From the NCBI GenBank assembly GCA_028706105.1, contig JAQWCF010000002.1, positions 1-56,061 of the forward strand: 56,061 bases of DNA. Reading direction: 5' to 3'. The DNA comes from Candidatus Margulisiibacteriota bacterium (GTDB lineage: Bacteria; Margulisbacteria; Riflemargulisbacteria; GWF2-35-9; DYQY01). Under the pieces are notes generated by a model, which saw only the letters and a list, made by a program, of their open reading frames with translations, did no database searches and had not been told where the DNA came from. Shown piece after piece: positions 32,101 to 38,003 of this stretch (position 1 is the first letter of the stretch; every line of letters starts with the position of its first letter). The position numbers were made by a program, and so were the translations under genes.

Positions 32101-35100
32101 GCAACTAACGCCGGAGTGATTAATTTAACTATTAGAGGGGCTGTTGTTAAGATTCCACTAGCTGGACCTTACGCAGCTGCCGCTTATGAGTGTTTGAGTG
32201 TGTTAATTGAAAATTGGGATGAAGTTAAATCAGGAGGAATTTCTTCCAGTATAGCTATTGAGGAGGCGGTTGAAAAGGCTCTTGTGGTTGGTGGAGCGGT
32301 GTTCGTTGGAACAGTTACTGCTAAGGCAGTTTCTGTTGTGATTGCTTCAATGTTAGCAGAAACGAGTGCTGGTGCTGCCGTGTCGGGCGCACTACCGGTT
32401 GCTCTTTTGACAGTTGCAACAGCTGCTCTTGTATATTATGCACCAAAAGCTTATGACTGGGGAATTGAAACAACAGGTATAAGAGAAGACAGGGACGAGG
32501 TTAGAATGTTAGCCAATTTCTCAAAGGAGGCAGGTGTTACATTGGAAATAACTAATTCTAATGTTCATTCGTGGGGACCTTTTTATTGGAGTAATTTTTT
32601 TCAGGACACAAAAAATGGATATTATGATAATGAAAACCTACAAGAGTTAATGGAGAATATATATCCTGGGTATTCTTCATTAAAAGCTTCCCTTGGGCGC
32701 GATAATCCTGCTTTTGTTATAGAGAATGGCTCTGGGCCTACAAGAAGGGCTCCTAGTATTTTTGGTAAATTACATGAGTATAGCAACTTAGCTTATGAAT
32801 TAAATATTAGTGTTAATAGTCTTTACGATATGAATCCGAATTTATTTATTCATATTTGTCAAACTTTAGAACAGAATAAAGATAAGATTAAAGGGAAGAT
32901 GGTTAATGTTTCCATTGAGAGGGTGGGTTATCAAGATCAACCTGATTTTATGGTTAATTATGTAGTTAAGTTAACGATAGATTATCCTAAGGATGAAATT
33001 AGATTAACAATGGGGGCTCAGGAAAAACCGACAGAGATTATTTCTCCATGTTCAATAAGATTACATGGTAAAGGTATTAGTTTATCTGAAGGGATTAATG
33101 TTTTTTCCGCAGTAAACACTGGCAAGCTAGTTGTTGATGGACAGGTTGTGGATTCATTGAAGGTTGTGTCAACAGATAGAACTTGGAAGGATACTCTTAT
33201 TGATGAAGGATTGGGTCGATTTTTACTGGAAACATTTATTGTGAAAGGTGATATTAATTATGAAGGATTAAAATATAATTCTGAATCACAAGGTTATGAG
33301 GAGTGGTCAAATCAAATTCTTAAAGATAATAAAGCATTAATTGCTGGTATGGTACAAAAATATCTTGTAACAGGCGAATTGCCTATAAATGATCCAAAAT
33401 ATAAAAACATTATAATTGCAATAGCTACAGAAATTCTAGAAGAGGATATAAAAAGAAATCAAAACAAAGCAGATTCAGCTTTGTTGAGGTTAACTCAAGC
33501 CCAAAGGAATAAAGCTTTGTATGAATGGAGAACGTTAGATTCTGAAGGCAAGAGGATTTCCTCTCTTAGTGATTTGAGTGGCAAAGAACGGACTGGTTAT
33601 TTAGATTTTTTAAAAGCATATAGATATTTGAGTTTAGGGTTTATTAATCCAGAAGCAATAGCAACAATTGTTGGTTGTGATATTCAAGAAGCAAAGTTGA
33701 TTGTTAGTGTGCTTAAGCAGTCCGAGGTTCTTAAAGGTATTGATAATAATCAAAATGATCTCTATAGAATTGATTATAAAAAAATAACCTTAGGTGAAGA
33801 TGAGCTAAAAGAATTTATTGATGTTTTGAAGAATAGTATTACAGACGAAACATTTATTGGTTTTGGTGTAGATGTAAAAAATGAGAATATTTTAAGGATA
33901 GCTGCAGGTATCGAAACAGTAATAAATTCAGCACTTAGTTTGTCAGAATATGTTTATTTTACTAGACAGCCTCGTGATCGTATTCGTAAAAAAGAATTTG
34001 CTTTAAGTGGTGATGATTTTAGAAATATTTATATGCTTTATAAGAATGGGGCTTTTAATAAAAGAGATTCTGGTTTTCTTCAGTTTCATCCTGGCGAATA
34101 TACCATTGTTAATAAGCCAACCCACTTAAGGCAAGTTTTCCCTTTTGATTTATTGTCCACTAATTTTTTTGCCGATAATCTTAGTGTAAGCGAAAGGCTA
34201 ATGCGTCATTCGAAGAGTTTTAATCAATCCAAGTTTTATAAATATGTGTATGATAATTATGGGAGTTTGCAGGCTAATGACTATGATAAGTATATGAGGG
34301 CTAGAGGGTTTATTAGTATTAGTAATGACTCCGAAGTTCGTAGTGCAACATTAGACTATTTAATGGTTGCAAATTATATTACCAATGAATCTTCACATTT
34401 TTTTGAATCACAGGCTAGATTGGATTATAAGAAAACTTATGCCTTTAGGTGCTTGCCTGATGAACAAATCGCTGAGTCAATAAAAGAATTAGATATTACT
34501 GCTAGGGAGGATATTGAAGATGCTTTTAGGCTTTGGCAATACGATAGTTTTTTTCAAGAACATAAAGACAGTGTGCTTTTTAAAGTAGATATGAGTCCAT
34601 CTGCTTTGTTTATAAGGAATGATTATCAGAGCAAGAAGCAATTAAATATTAGTTTGTTTATTTTCAGAGTGATAAGAGGTGATTTTTCGCAGTCACAACT
34701 GAGTAGGATTGTTGCAAGCAGAGGGAAATTTGATCAAATTTTAAAGCAAATATCTATGAGTGACATCAAAAAATTAAACCTAATCTTTACAAAGCTTAGT
34801 GACCCAAACCTTGCATCTATTGATAGGATGAATGCTTTAGATTATATAATGGAGAATAGTAAGGCTATTAAAGAGTTATACGATTTTATGTTTGACAATG
34901 GTTCTTTGTATTATGGCTGGGAGAATGTAGCATTGGTTGAGAATACTGGTTATGATTCAATAGAGAAGTCAGCAGGGGATGATGTTAAAGATTTCCAGAA
35001 TTTTATTAAGACGATAGCTTTGTTTAAAGGAGTAGCTGGCATTCCTTCTTTGTATTCTAGGAGTAAATTTAGAACATATAATTTTAACTGGATGAATAAT

Positions 35101-35694
35101 GAAAATTTTATTGAATCTTACGTTTCGTTAAAGAGCCAAAGAGAAAGAGATTCTAAATATTTTGGTTCAATGGAGTATGAAAGATTAGCTAGTAATGAAA
35201 GAAATGAGCTGAACAATTTTTTGATTAACAATGGCAGAAGTGAGGTTGATGGTACGGAACAACCATCTTTATATGCTAGCGATTTCAGACGATTAGATAA
35301 AAATAGACAGAAATTAGTTGAGCTATATAGAACGTTAGCTTATGCAAATAAGAATAATGACATAAAGTCAGCTGATCATTCCATATATGATATTGCAATG
35401 ATTACTGGTCGTCCCCAGTTAAGCGAATTAAGAGGTCTTGATTCTTTTGTTGCAGAGATTAAGGCAACTAACCACTTAAAAGGTGAAGATTTGCTTAAGC
35501 AGAGACAGTTGCTTGCAAGTAAGATTATAAGAAATGGCTCAACAGAGTTTTTGATTGCTATGAGGTCCAAATATCCTGAAGGGAATATTATGGAACATAT
35601 TCTTAGTTTATTTGATGAAATATCTCAGGGAAAGGATAACGTAGAGGATAAATCCAAGATATTGTTATTGTATAGGTACTATGATGTCGCTTAA
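14137..35694 (+). CDS. giant multidomain protein (7185 aa) with an embedded SecA-like motor, one HExxH module and C-terminal hydrophobic helices
   Basis: A single uninterrupted 21,558-nt ORF. All alternative-frame ORFs inside it are 108 aa or shorter. SecA-like motifs lie at about aa 2619-3270, HETSH at aa 4228-4232, and a Gly/Ala-rich hydrophobic block at about aa 5939-6100. There is no N-terminal signal peptide. Confidence 0.85.
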   Translation: MGFGDGNIGAFGGYGSSRTSIPAVSSIPEVKKVKVNQEQELSALSANVVFPIDKRGNLVVPQELKQLIAQGRDLAVMVTFNDDSQQRLVIGESNKDLLFQLDSKDIFAIQVGIVSGKGDTTSPSIEFGYMPEDLIRLRENIVITINEKNEIKWPTLKSVEDKDYSFKVGNVEVDKSKVFNYDTNNPIYLIVKRQGLVFSFKLKLERKIAETAATKKIQSADTIFTEAVSPISEQVTIKGVTINENKAVMPTLDAADSKVKALEENGYNLYWKYSNENGTKYLPFSEGSIALADGYYDQGNISLYIGKSSIKKSEINNELLVYSETRLDVQAVVALKSKVDEIWSFLIDQGILEKTDSPEGSANILVSTDEIEQILINSSFDYNTKVILFQLLTKSINIDLKVDLDMYVSKDVDFSTPIPTLDVAKIEINREGNASFGLLVKEGKVSVSLSFQQKDLAIKLGCKESDLQKLFMKAQENGYVDALTGGLVITSDNLMQIKELIEDVNLKENWDILFSSVELPMDIQISSKSSAYERKSVQFFIGNQLNLKKGEILVSWTNGVDSLTLAPEVSNQLIEVERVVGVNENRVLAPEIEGLLGEVDMFYAVEGNGISSFSRINQYGQSLNELAIDYLLENEATVNRIRQAIIDNKPIENKDKVFIYDLLFFGFNKSRLINDSMFSFEDSKSVDQMSISGMFLRVEVLNVLFGKQFAYLKDFSDVFKMVFNQQEYKAIAYQRTNIDTSSLEVLKQPTDVQSSGDSRAVQQSNEDNYVYFVEKIENFENLFEAYVAPRNQQMEEIQQMLHMYNPAFADINGQKGIRSDEMRYLANLFSEETASAQEMVGLFQNNQQMIIQLYNQYPEVRKIIDDAKLQAFVDPLTISLLIKGQGESLNTSGIKNEQFIKQASAINLGITKADGTPLTLYDLLVVGNQLLTGISGTLIKESFKYENNSQLKAYSILNSRAVFGYSISQVYQSLEQKLLSKLRGSNESLIEIFSGTKLYQFLVDEFNKDSQGIATVEEYCLSYIQKKFEAKYSEIESYLKDGKGDGSAIQMLIEHFAGSAIDRKVLGQIKDVKIVPNQLSKSNYSVNPDKLNEPKYRAAILNLVYQTQVNKTQGHGFRQTTNVFNQINIYQLKEIINIISSDEDFSELIKPLKELVATLENTGCVLIKSVASGFEYYKADGSFVTVAATPLIELVKGLVDRNILQGVVETSKTFTAKLQKSLAADRDIKVQTKVISFDKQFNIDSWTRIRLLYLKQTNIEAYNNIVAALAKVEDNDLSDPNVLRYLSSVYMNPTFLLSQNKPVPSENLFMLDADFALWLIDVIQSDSSAFLGADLIVDLVFGRRQTFTPDKKTVLNYSQGDIGEALTEIRNKILEGKITFKNNETMLLDGDSPEMKKLKTLMAVWIHGVDNNAIQKLVDLKDSTAEPQVADLQDANNLFGSSAVSFINQYFGPVPSLGSWLTSGASKVAGLPEVGILTSNIKDAFSGLITNSAYNSDRLKSEVIYHNLILSNNEMSDEYVDVFINGLRSYINQTYFHPSSELSKKEIEELLQGWESLKDVEPKGNYVITQENCKSNLKYLYILKLAAVASFLTMNDGLGRSQELVLVDGYMTGAEKKEPVSDGGGSALGGLAWDLLKGNNPAFVFSEGYQYVSAVSEEKKKEGHVALGVGVGDATLNYVRTPLEFMKLSWYFKFSRPLDIWKSVISQVSGENNVLHQKEIASQVALVTAQIDIIRDLQKYGESYGLSVAVIGDVTKSIVGMENVIKTIRNLTSLKDIEKKKLEIFVLLSMYINEAGVANKDSLKTELFEQFKGIKEITVLDRYIKVVSKLIIMKKDGLSLDDSSYLSMLKNSDGLLVLEEKIKEKYQKSRWDYLEGASFGGYEADHSLGAFQSLDEDIDDLMGTVWKRVADTAVEVATIQLDIYNFTHSFYQFYQYLGIWEDMSNAATPSDWAAVWIKINLANMYVLPKSGQKFSDSWMGRTVGRDVILWKPVGWVADSAKFLGADRMKGLQWLFKGIDMLNEQGALLTLMEATGVSGKASDKWENLTKKDGQYKSGYLALRALVDVVGTMSIVGNRDYEKAQVTDLTDMSKFRAARLIFNGSVLRSLGDTVFSKGIDRLNANVVLYALDKWKQEFIGNYPNGKFRDYVKQIFHECAGDPAVARYFERMSYDSFQAETEKSVTEVTIKADGSLSFYCVSPDAKRNIDLSKLQETLKFNGVLDGISVKSVSEDGTSINPKEVNIGKIIIGSSMANENNAVFVLRSDNPSFSKDNLELHLSVDLARGLTSGASSSMAFERCLNEIKSRPLQLDAGFKRSIANFGTDGNSVSKMQDFYTLVTNDTLIVINEDVFKALNGKFSFQELSVFFRLIKEQPNNWKMNIDSVNNYLEQVRFRDVVPPDFRKAADIIFGKAEQLARVFLEHSGGIRGSVFDEKFNEFWKNNAEVKSALASIGSDLDSYHVDGEKRERLESFISEKSRDYAKGVVLARQSHEDLWSFIEGQKASLKENGNSVLNQLLDSCRNIDDFYKACSIGVEGKDSRNNPDAYKAALQIIIDAQREDCETAFNAVKGANDEEAKKAAKGQPHNKRASIDEFQKANADGKLTSKVLGMWTLSVLKSEGFRPIEGSLATLAMQANSKDMFFNMNAGGGKTILITGLVLFRYMMGYHVVVGVSNDADKSAGVKSTTRVYETMFGKPPAVYERPIGAYNPETLRAMFAKSRVVYVNHSDFLSRALQDIINPTERILPTDSSDSMVYILDEADKNLLIDGTNPTIMSTSNNEILKGIDKDQYVVAVRVMDAFIKNNAKKEGELVFRVGDQFFLTEKGTLEFKRMLAIDILKVSMSKIVFSDNLPSVREIQSRIDKIKLASNAREISLQLNSSENLMYERVAFMANDVLDVTKTFICGEQYDVVKGKVKLLDQGMRRFNWSSVQQKYHQIVEAYHLSGSGPRRNDGSISHISRPSFSSISLTTQKFQKDVINAILGLSGTNLEMHREIERLMIEHIPAKDIAPQTLKFAPQISVNGLEAQKQNVLFLAASKMAEGAPILLHIPKKKSGKSGLEAELTIQVFEEYTKDFFDFLDKKIKDNNYSDKQFDAIYQRLGGGEYLVKYQAILDFNALVGRFFGSTKSSSGIGIDHVFEGTADDLEKQRIDYFGDGTIRVLMSTNSNRAVDIQPTSEFFKESWKKMISDKAKPEAKKRLEALAKYLNIGVDELKGYKAHDALILLRRKSGYSNIGMVGVMTQLKRDSVEWIQEIFRLGRTLGLGRSEGAVYGVTNIWDNNLSKRPELQALVRDNCFTEEGISALMDVPFYPLNSMLQIDNIGKYLVAIPEDKEAIDAITKFAYGILKEFHDLSLKSDLSAVEKKRLSQIKSNYRGLVSLTKNIPELFAKREYSLPGNLADITDEGLRIAISVGIFRDMTGNEVGSICSELAKSHNPSKGKESIDWKAAEGRIYNYRVATDLVLVGIIKQNDVSDFIKDGFENNKFIHLKQSVSMFNKVRGSLEKTNRDNMESSKASQGKTLERQSPLRLLQDLLGKSQGDGKRSFRLGYRATDIEYISRDFSQLNQVKDIPTMLTMFFERALEVNSKQFCVSQGISSLDELMVKMITNKSVRRKYESYINSKMGFNVEYVSGVREWDIFKSGVSKSFYGLASDPKMPKDRQAAAATLISQRLALVNVYLSEAEKYIEHLTATTMVIGSDVNYESLWQSMQEGLIDKMAIDMFSDGSRPKTILKKTVKNVADFFYFKFIYDVDLKVEKHRAEHQEAINEVNYKSWNRLSDTLFGWKASRALKGNDNYKNNPEEKVQYQLKNLILRCNRENRDPSDDELKLIFGEKFSISANYLQANDFGAIMPQDVLAKFGLNRIVNSQAIALFFEQFTITSQGYYWIDAEKVNDFIAWLDNSKTVKDAETIKKFETLANLLLQKKPVKSKGVPEGTYIELSATDKKSLQIKLGEIRDNQPDALKVEYEYLRQEGYIDAQGRILKGTEVISKDENITAATRNKLTTAVEKITSTINQINQKLISDGNPSGKSILIYDGSYKFAEVISVDEQKDHRVIRIGRVWGGGQTDYLGLIYHKQGNRFAFGSETSSKYEIIVAESKLQESFMDLFEKAISQKSDNNGDHARMFLQSIDISIEKMKGLTGFPSFFNYKVLGQRLGIKSEDEQIKKYQDWRRLGYVDSNGKLTEKFMYLTKEDLSTEQEREFQSKALTLFDLSGKALQMLSEFVRIHETSHMRDFKDNMLADMPEGIRKDPFVDMLLEFSADFGKDGIIEKIIAMDGNRAQSKAIFQYLLFRLSASQDPTDKEMYQVLKSCVGSKGELDIPKLNTLSKRITKHVNSTFEALKQNSSEYNLANSVRDQQSRFSVFLGEISFVKKSEVSGADSKSPEGVSYMKATALPEKGTPAQRNQSDTQPDATKYKDVEYISTPHTEGDYKRAVLAISDLGQENPNQVFEVKSSTKVQIIFTAEDAKTVQTERLVIEGFGDELGKAIATGRQDLSKKQQMNLYSYILQQIRNTTELSDESAKQQANSMLKSSLDSIQPGLGDKFEKAYPSFKNCFDAYSRIISATQQQLDNGSDKQKVNLRKSPSGVVISMVDRAINDSNATKDGGSLTSEQPFYVIRGSSAEVIVRMGLMPMFFGGEKYAGKVGSVEFQHQSWGANATYQDEQLLMRMEDEDALSLKGKGFGLMMFAADAVDEGQLAGKPMGFSAVIQKDNNGKMHFLDGQIVSKLQDDIYSKVRGGSATSITDELIEKAVKDTNIPKEQKSAYYEFMKTTLDRDVVFVRRAFDELGWVMTEDMMKNYFSSRGDSLGDIFRNDGTMDPQKLKEHAEGLKNTLLAGMTESQKSKLKGQGLTINQQLERMLYPGERSSRIATDVLENSTQFLMVLAVAAVIQFTNAKMKNEKFDIESVVNLAFNELTVTAALMKRMMIERGLGVLYHGEGVTSMTISVMVSRLDTYCRARTEAIHQMAEFNFVRQTEREQQNSFNDLLNTNVEQEVASVQVVGSDVQSNLGISFTYKDNVLSGEGVNQLLQNLQYPGDYFITDSTFDVLNNLSFKALAVEYFKNTGCLVLGPMSGGSDVKYFVSEKFINMMNYHPDEIMSGLVKLMKDFVVGMDKEKTIIKIKELGVDVEAMGLQDKNETELRQLLVQILVSSIVRKMKGSFDVRYALKEQLKRVWVESIIRDGYIKEYKLADSDITEKGQYKPSFLQEMHSVLESKGQDLLSSMLSDVKKEYPDFDSIQSHYFSSLVLLYDERDMQIFNEFLLQNKIELTSEQLDKLKIIKDSYSDLMSKLGTILKSYKNKNWDNREMDMLLFEIDQALVSTFPKLSEFIKFADLVELTRAELLRDRMVSVDFNKAFPYLSVNSNEFSALTVKYVNDALNKSITENRVGVSDVYSFMFSDNDKLKPNYSVIFEAIEVDGKMCFKLKDGVDEKKLNKFLQEQQNNFFDSRQFVLLRDLAITSLSVSNLEKVQTILQGTEKDYESYSKVLYNNKDLLGDVFGFYSTEDLFVSQFKFEVAGDKASKGLMENTKAKDGMPAPKRHLIVFREQVSDYANDNKIPLLEQAEAGNPGLGTAKGTAGGIIGLATFKYAHGFLEGRAIRKWGQYDKANYNNKFTRIFNKEGLRMPKICGHTAKTHFAPMGLASLAYIMVSQHFFNIAYEKSGAVRFVVDNSIDPFYESLAPLKFLTPSIWLRYLNDAQRNWSGFDPIGFSGLKSSDSSFNRTVGTVGSLAVDVGLMKLDVEMAKLVHRRAVKAGWAQAPLDADNLLTPYQRAINEGAEDLISRRGVMINNSDLSKVKLARVPRGVKSVVDSLSPHCQSISSIEGSDDLLVKLKDGKMQRLTYKQAEKLSADLSRRATGLSVTMNARDIVREASSGIFLDFKPLAGDMVEFTTVGGKKLVVGKASMDQALKDGKGDLYKFLFTDDATGQFKIRGNRLMQIYAALSVVNILINGARDGISMDDVAQALVTAGKQTGSVAAIGLLEGVATNAGVINLTIRGAVVKIPLAGPYAAAAYECLSVLIENWDEVKSGGISSSIAIEEAVEKALVVGGAVFVGTVTAKAVSVVIASMLAETSAGAAVSGALPVALLTVATAALVYYAPKAYDWGIETTGIREDRDEVRMLANFSKEAGVTLEITNSNVHSWGPFYWSNFFQDTKNGYYDNENLQELMENIYPGYSSLKASLGRDNPAFVIENGSGPTRRAPSIFGKLHEYSNLAYELNISVNSLYDMNPNLFIHICQTLEQNKDKIKGKMVNVSIERVGYQDQPDFMVNYVVKLTIDYPKDEIRLTMGAQEKPTEIISPCSIRLHGKGISLSEGINVFSAVNTGKLVVDGQVVDSLKVVSTDRTWKDTLIDEGLGRFLLETFIVKGDINYEGLKYNSESQGYEEWSNQILKDNKALIAGMVQKYLVTGELPINDPKYKNIIIAIATEILEEDIKRNQNKADSALLRLTQAQRNKALYEWRTLDSEGKRISSLSDLSGKERTGYLDFLKAYRYLSLGFINPEAIATIVGCDIQEAKLIVSVLKQSEVLKGIDNNQNDLYRIDYKKITLGEDELKEFIDVLKNSITDETFIGFGVDVKNENILRIAAGIETVINSALSLSEYVYFTRQPRDRIRKKEFALSGDDFRNIYMLYKNGAFNKRDSGFLQFHPGEYTIVNKPTHLRQVFPFDLLSTNFFADNLSVSERLMRHSKSFNQSKFYKYVYDNYGSLQANDYDKYMRARGFISISNDSEVRSATLDYLMVANYITNESSHFFESQARLDYKKTYAFRCLPDEQIAESIKELDITAREDIEDAFRLWQYDSFFQEHKDSVLFKVDMSPSALFIRNDYQSKKQLNISLFIFRVIRGDFSQSQLSRIVASRGKFDQILKQISMSDIKKLNLIFTKLSDPNLASIDRMNALDYIMENSKAIKELYDFMFDNGSLYYGWENVALVENTGYDSIEKSAGDDVKDFQNFIKTIALFKGVAGIPSLYSRSKFRTYNFNWMNNENFIESYVSLKSQRERDSKYFGSMEYERLASNERNELNNFLINNGRSEVDGTEQPSLYASDFRRLDKNRQKLVELYRTLAYANKNNDIKSADHSIYDIAMITGRPQLSELRGLDSFVAEIKATNHLKGEDLLKQRQLLASKIIRNGSTEFLIAMRSKYPEGNIMEHILSLFDEISQGKDNVEDKSKILLLYRYYDVA

Positions 35695-35867
35695 TATATT
35701 GTTTTTTTTTGATATGTGGTTTTGTTTGCAATAATCTAAGGGTTGCAACGATATATTAATATAAATAAAACATCTGAAAGGGGTGTGGTCATTATAGCAC
35801 TTGTGAATACGGTTAAGATTAGTAAATAGTAAAAAGAAAAATTTAAAAAATAATAGGAGGAAATAAA

Positions 35868-36245
35868 ATGCCAGTAGAAAATAATATGAAAGTAACAACC
35901 CCAGCGAAGTTTGATAGTACAAAAATGGAAAAGGTAGCCCCTTCTCCAGCTCAATTAGAGAATCTTACTGCACAAAAGGTAGGACTTGGTAACAGCCTTA
36001 AAAGTATGGCGACAGTTGGTCCACAGCTAGGCGAAGATGGCGTAGAACTTGCGGCAATTGTTAATGGTGGGGCAGTAAAAGTAGCATCTACAGCTGTTAA
36101 AAAAGAAGCAGGACAAACAATCGTTTTTGATAAAGCAGCGGCTCCAGCAGAAATTGCGGCAACTGATCCAGCAGATAAAGCAGCAGATGCATCAAAATTA
36201 GATTCAAAAGCTGTTAAGCCAGGAGAAGTAGAACAAGCAGATTAA
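35868..36245 (+). CDS. small Ala/Lys/Pro-rich, probably disordered protein (125 aa)
   Basis: ORF track. A canonical SD (ataGGAGGaaataaaATG) precedes it and a strong hairpin follows it. I recognise no family. Confidence 0.65.
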   Translation: MPVENNMKVTTPAKFDSTKMEKVAPSPAQLENLTAQKVGLGNSLKSMATVGPQLGEDGVELAAIVNGGAVKVASTAVKKEAGQTIVFDKAAAPAEIAATDPADKAADASKLDSKAVKPGEVEQAD

Positions 36246-36266
36246 TTAAAATTATTTTGCTATAAT

Positions 36267-36296
36267 AATAAGAAGTGCCAAAAGGCACTTCTTATT
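36267..36296 (+). terminator. strong stem-loop after the 125-aa gene (aataagaagtgcc-aaaa-ggcacttcttatt)
   Basis: Perfect 13-bp stem with a 4-nt loop. There is no clear U-tract, so it may be an attenuator or a processing/stability element rather than a full terminator. Confidence 0.5.
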
Positions 36297-36314
36297 AAGA
36301 AAAGAAATAAGGGG

Positions 36315-38000
36315 ATGGACATTATGGGGGAAAGTAGTCTTGGTGTTTTAGAAATAGAGAAAAAATATTCAGAAAAATTTTCAAGTGTACTAAATCAACT
36401 AATATCAGCGGAATCAGTTATTTTGCTTTCTGATTTTTTGAAAGCAAAAACTTCAATTAAAAATACAGATAAAATAGTTGGAGATATCGTAGGCTTGATT
36501 GAATCAACTATTTATGGGTATATAGAATATTATGCTGTGATGCAGTATTTATATATGGATAAAACAGGAGAGTGGACTGAAGCTGGAGAAGATCGTGTTA
36601 AAAGTTCATTTTTTGCTGTTTTAAATAGTTTTCCAGCAGATAAAGATTTGAATTATTCGGACTATTCTTTTTCTCAAGATAAAATAAATCAATTAGCAGT
36701 TTTATATAAAGTAGATAGTTTAAATAAGGAAGAACTTTCTAATAGAATAAAATCACCAACGTTCGATATTTTGGGGTTGTCTTTTAGCTTTACTGAGACT
36801 GCAAAACTGAACAAATTGTTAGCTATTGTAAGCAGTCAAAGACGAGTTATTATGGGGTTGAGTGGAAGTTACATTTCAATGATTTTTGCATTAGCCACAA
36901 CAGTTAAGTATCATGAATATGAGATACATATTTTGTATAAAGAAGAAATCCGTACCCCTAATGCAGTAAATTATATAGTTGCTGTTATTGATCAAAATCA
37001 GATTGCAATTCGAAGAGAGGTTTGTGAATATATATTTTACAAAAAATGGCTTCCAGTTGTAGAAGATGAACCATTTTTTTTGAGTTTCATGAACGGCAAT
37101 CTTGAGAATCAAGTAGCTGAAGCAATTAAAAAACAAGTAATGCAGGCTTATTCTGTTAATAATAAAGAAGAATTATTAGAAGTTAAGGATGATTTTATAA
37201 ATAAAATGATGGAGAATTTTTCCTATCATGAGGTGTCTCATGATATTTTAGATGATTTTAATTTAACTAAAGAGGAATCATCTATGGTAACGGCTATTTC
37301 AGTTCAAGAAGAAAATATCTTGACTGTTATGACTGAGGTGTTAACTGAATGGATGCCTGGTTCGCTTCATTTGAAGGGACCAATGAAAAATATAGTTGAT
37401 ACAGCAGTTAAAAATGGTAATAATTCAAAAGCACGGCAACTTTTGTTAACGTATATGAGTGATGGTTGGTTTTTAGATACAGACACGGAATTTATGCATT
37501 CCTATACATATCTTATGTTTGCTCCTTTATTGAAGTGTTTGAAGTTAGATTCCGAGATAGATTTTATTGAATTATATGGTGAATTAAATAGTATTTTTGA
37601 TTTTTTTCTTACTTGGTATAGAAATACAATTGCGGATGTGTTGGTAAAGTTGAAAAAAATGGAATATGTTGATACAGATAAAGAAATCCTTGATTATGAC
37701 TCTTTCAATAAAAGAGTTGAAAAATGCATGAGAATATATAATGAACTTATTAATAAAAATCTTTCTGATGATATTATAATAAGCCAGAATTGGATTAATT
37801 TTTTCAGTCAAATGAAGTCGCTGTCTCCACATAATTTTGAAAGTATTAGTTCGTTGATTTCTGATAAAGAGCAACAATTGTATAAAGATTTAATTTTAAA
37901 GTTTGGTGGTGAAGAGTCTGCCTTAAAGTATGGAGATGATATTCGTTCATTTGTTTTAGATGGAATGATTAGTCGCGGATTTAGTATTCCTTTGGAGTAG
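36315..38000 (+). CDS. hypothetical protein with HExxH (HEVSH) zincin-like motif; paralogue of a module in the giant ORF
   Basis: 561 aa. HEVSH lies at aa 305-309, VLTEW at about aa 342-346 and NGNNSKARQLLL at aa 367-378. These mirror HETSH / MLLEF / DGNRAQSKAIFQYLL in the giant protein. Confidence 0.7.
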   Translation: MDIMGESSLGVLEIEKKYSEKFSSVLNQLISAESVILLSDFLKAKTSIKNTDKIVGDIVGLIESTIYGYIEYYAVMQYLYMDKTGEWTEAGEDRVKSSFFAVLNSFPADKDLNYSDYSFSQDKINQLAVLYKVDSLNKEELSNRIKSPTFDILGLSFSFTETAKLNKLLAIVSSQRRVIMGLSGSYISMIFALATTVKYHEYEIHILYKEEIRTPNAVNYIVAVIDQNQIAIRREVCEYIFYKKWLPVVEDEPFFLSFMNGNLENQVAEAIKKQVMQAYSVNNKEELLEVKDDFINKMMENFSYHEVSHDILDDFNLTKEESSMVTAISVQEENILTVMTEVLTEWMPGSLHLKGPMKNIVDTAVKNGNNSKARQLLLTYMSDGWFLDTDTEFMHSYTYLMFAPLLKCLKLDSEIDFIELYGELNSIFDFFLTWYRNTIADVLVKLKKMEYVDTDKEILDYDSFNKRVEKCMRIYNELINKNLSDDIIISQNWINFFSQMKSLSPHNFESISSLISDKEQQLYKDLILKFGGEESALKYGDDIRSFVLDGMISRGFSIPLE

Positions 38001-38003
38001 GAA

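Noticed and set aside
14676-35570. About 25 short ORFs (60-108 aa) in other frames or on the opposite strand inside the giant ORF
   Set aside because: All are nested in a continuous 21.6 kb reading frame. They are low-complexity or hydrophobic translations typical of AT-rich antisense frames, and they lack SD or promoter signals.
35726-35770. Sigma-70 promoter for the 125-aa gene built on the two TTGCAA hexamers
   Set aside because: No acceptable -10 hexamer lies 16-19 nt from either TTGCAA, so the gene's promoter remains unassigned.
35665-35954. Two minus-strand ORFs (85 and 72 aa) across the giant/125-aa intergenic region
   Set aside because: They are Phe/Leu/Tyr-rich translations of AT-rich spacer. 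They overlap the SD and start of the better-supported 125-aa gene, and no start signals are present.
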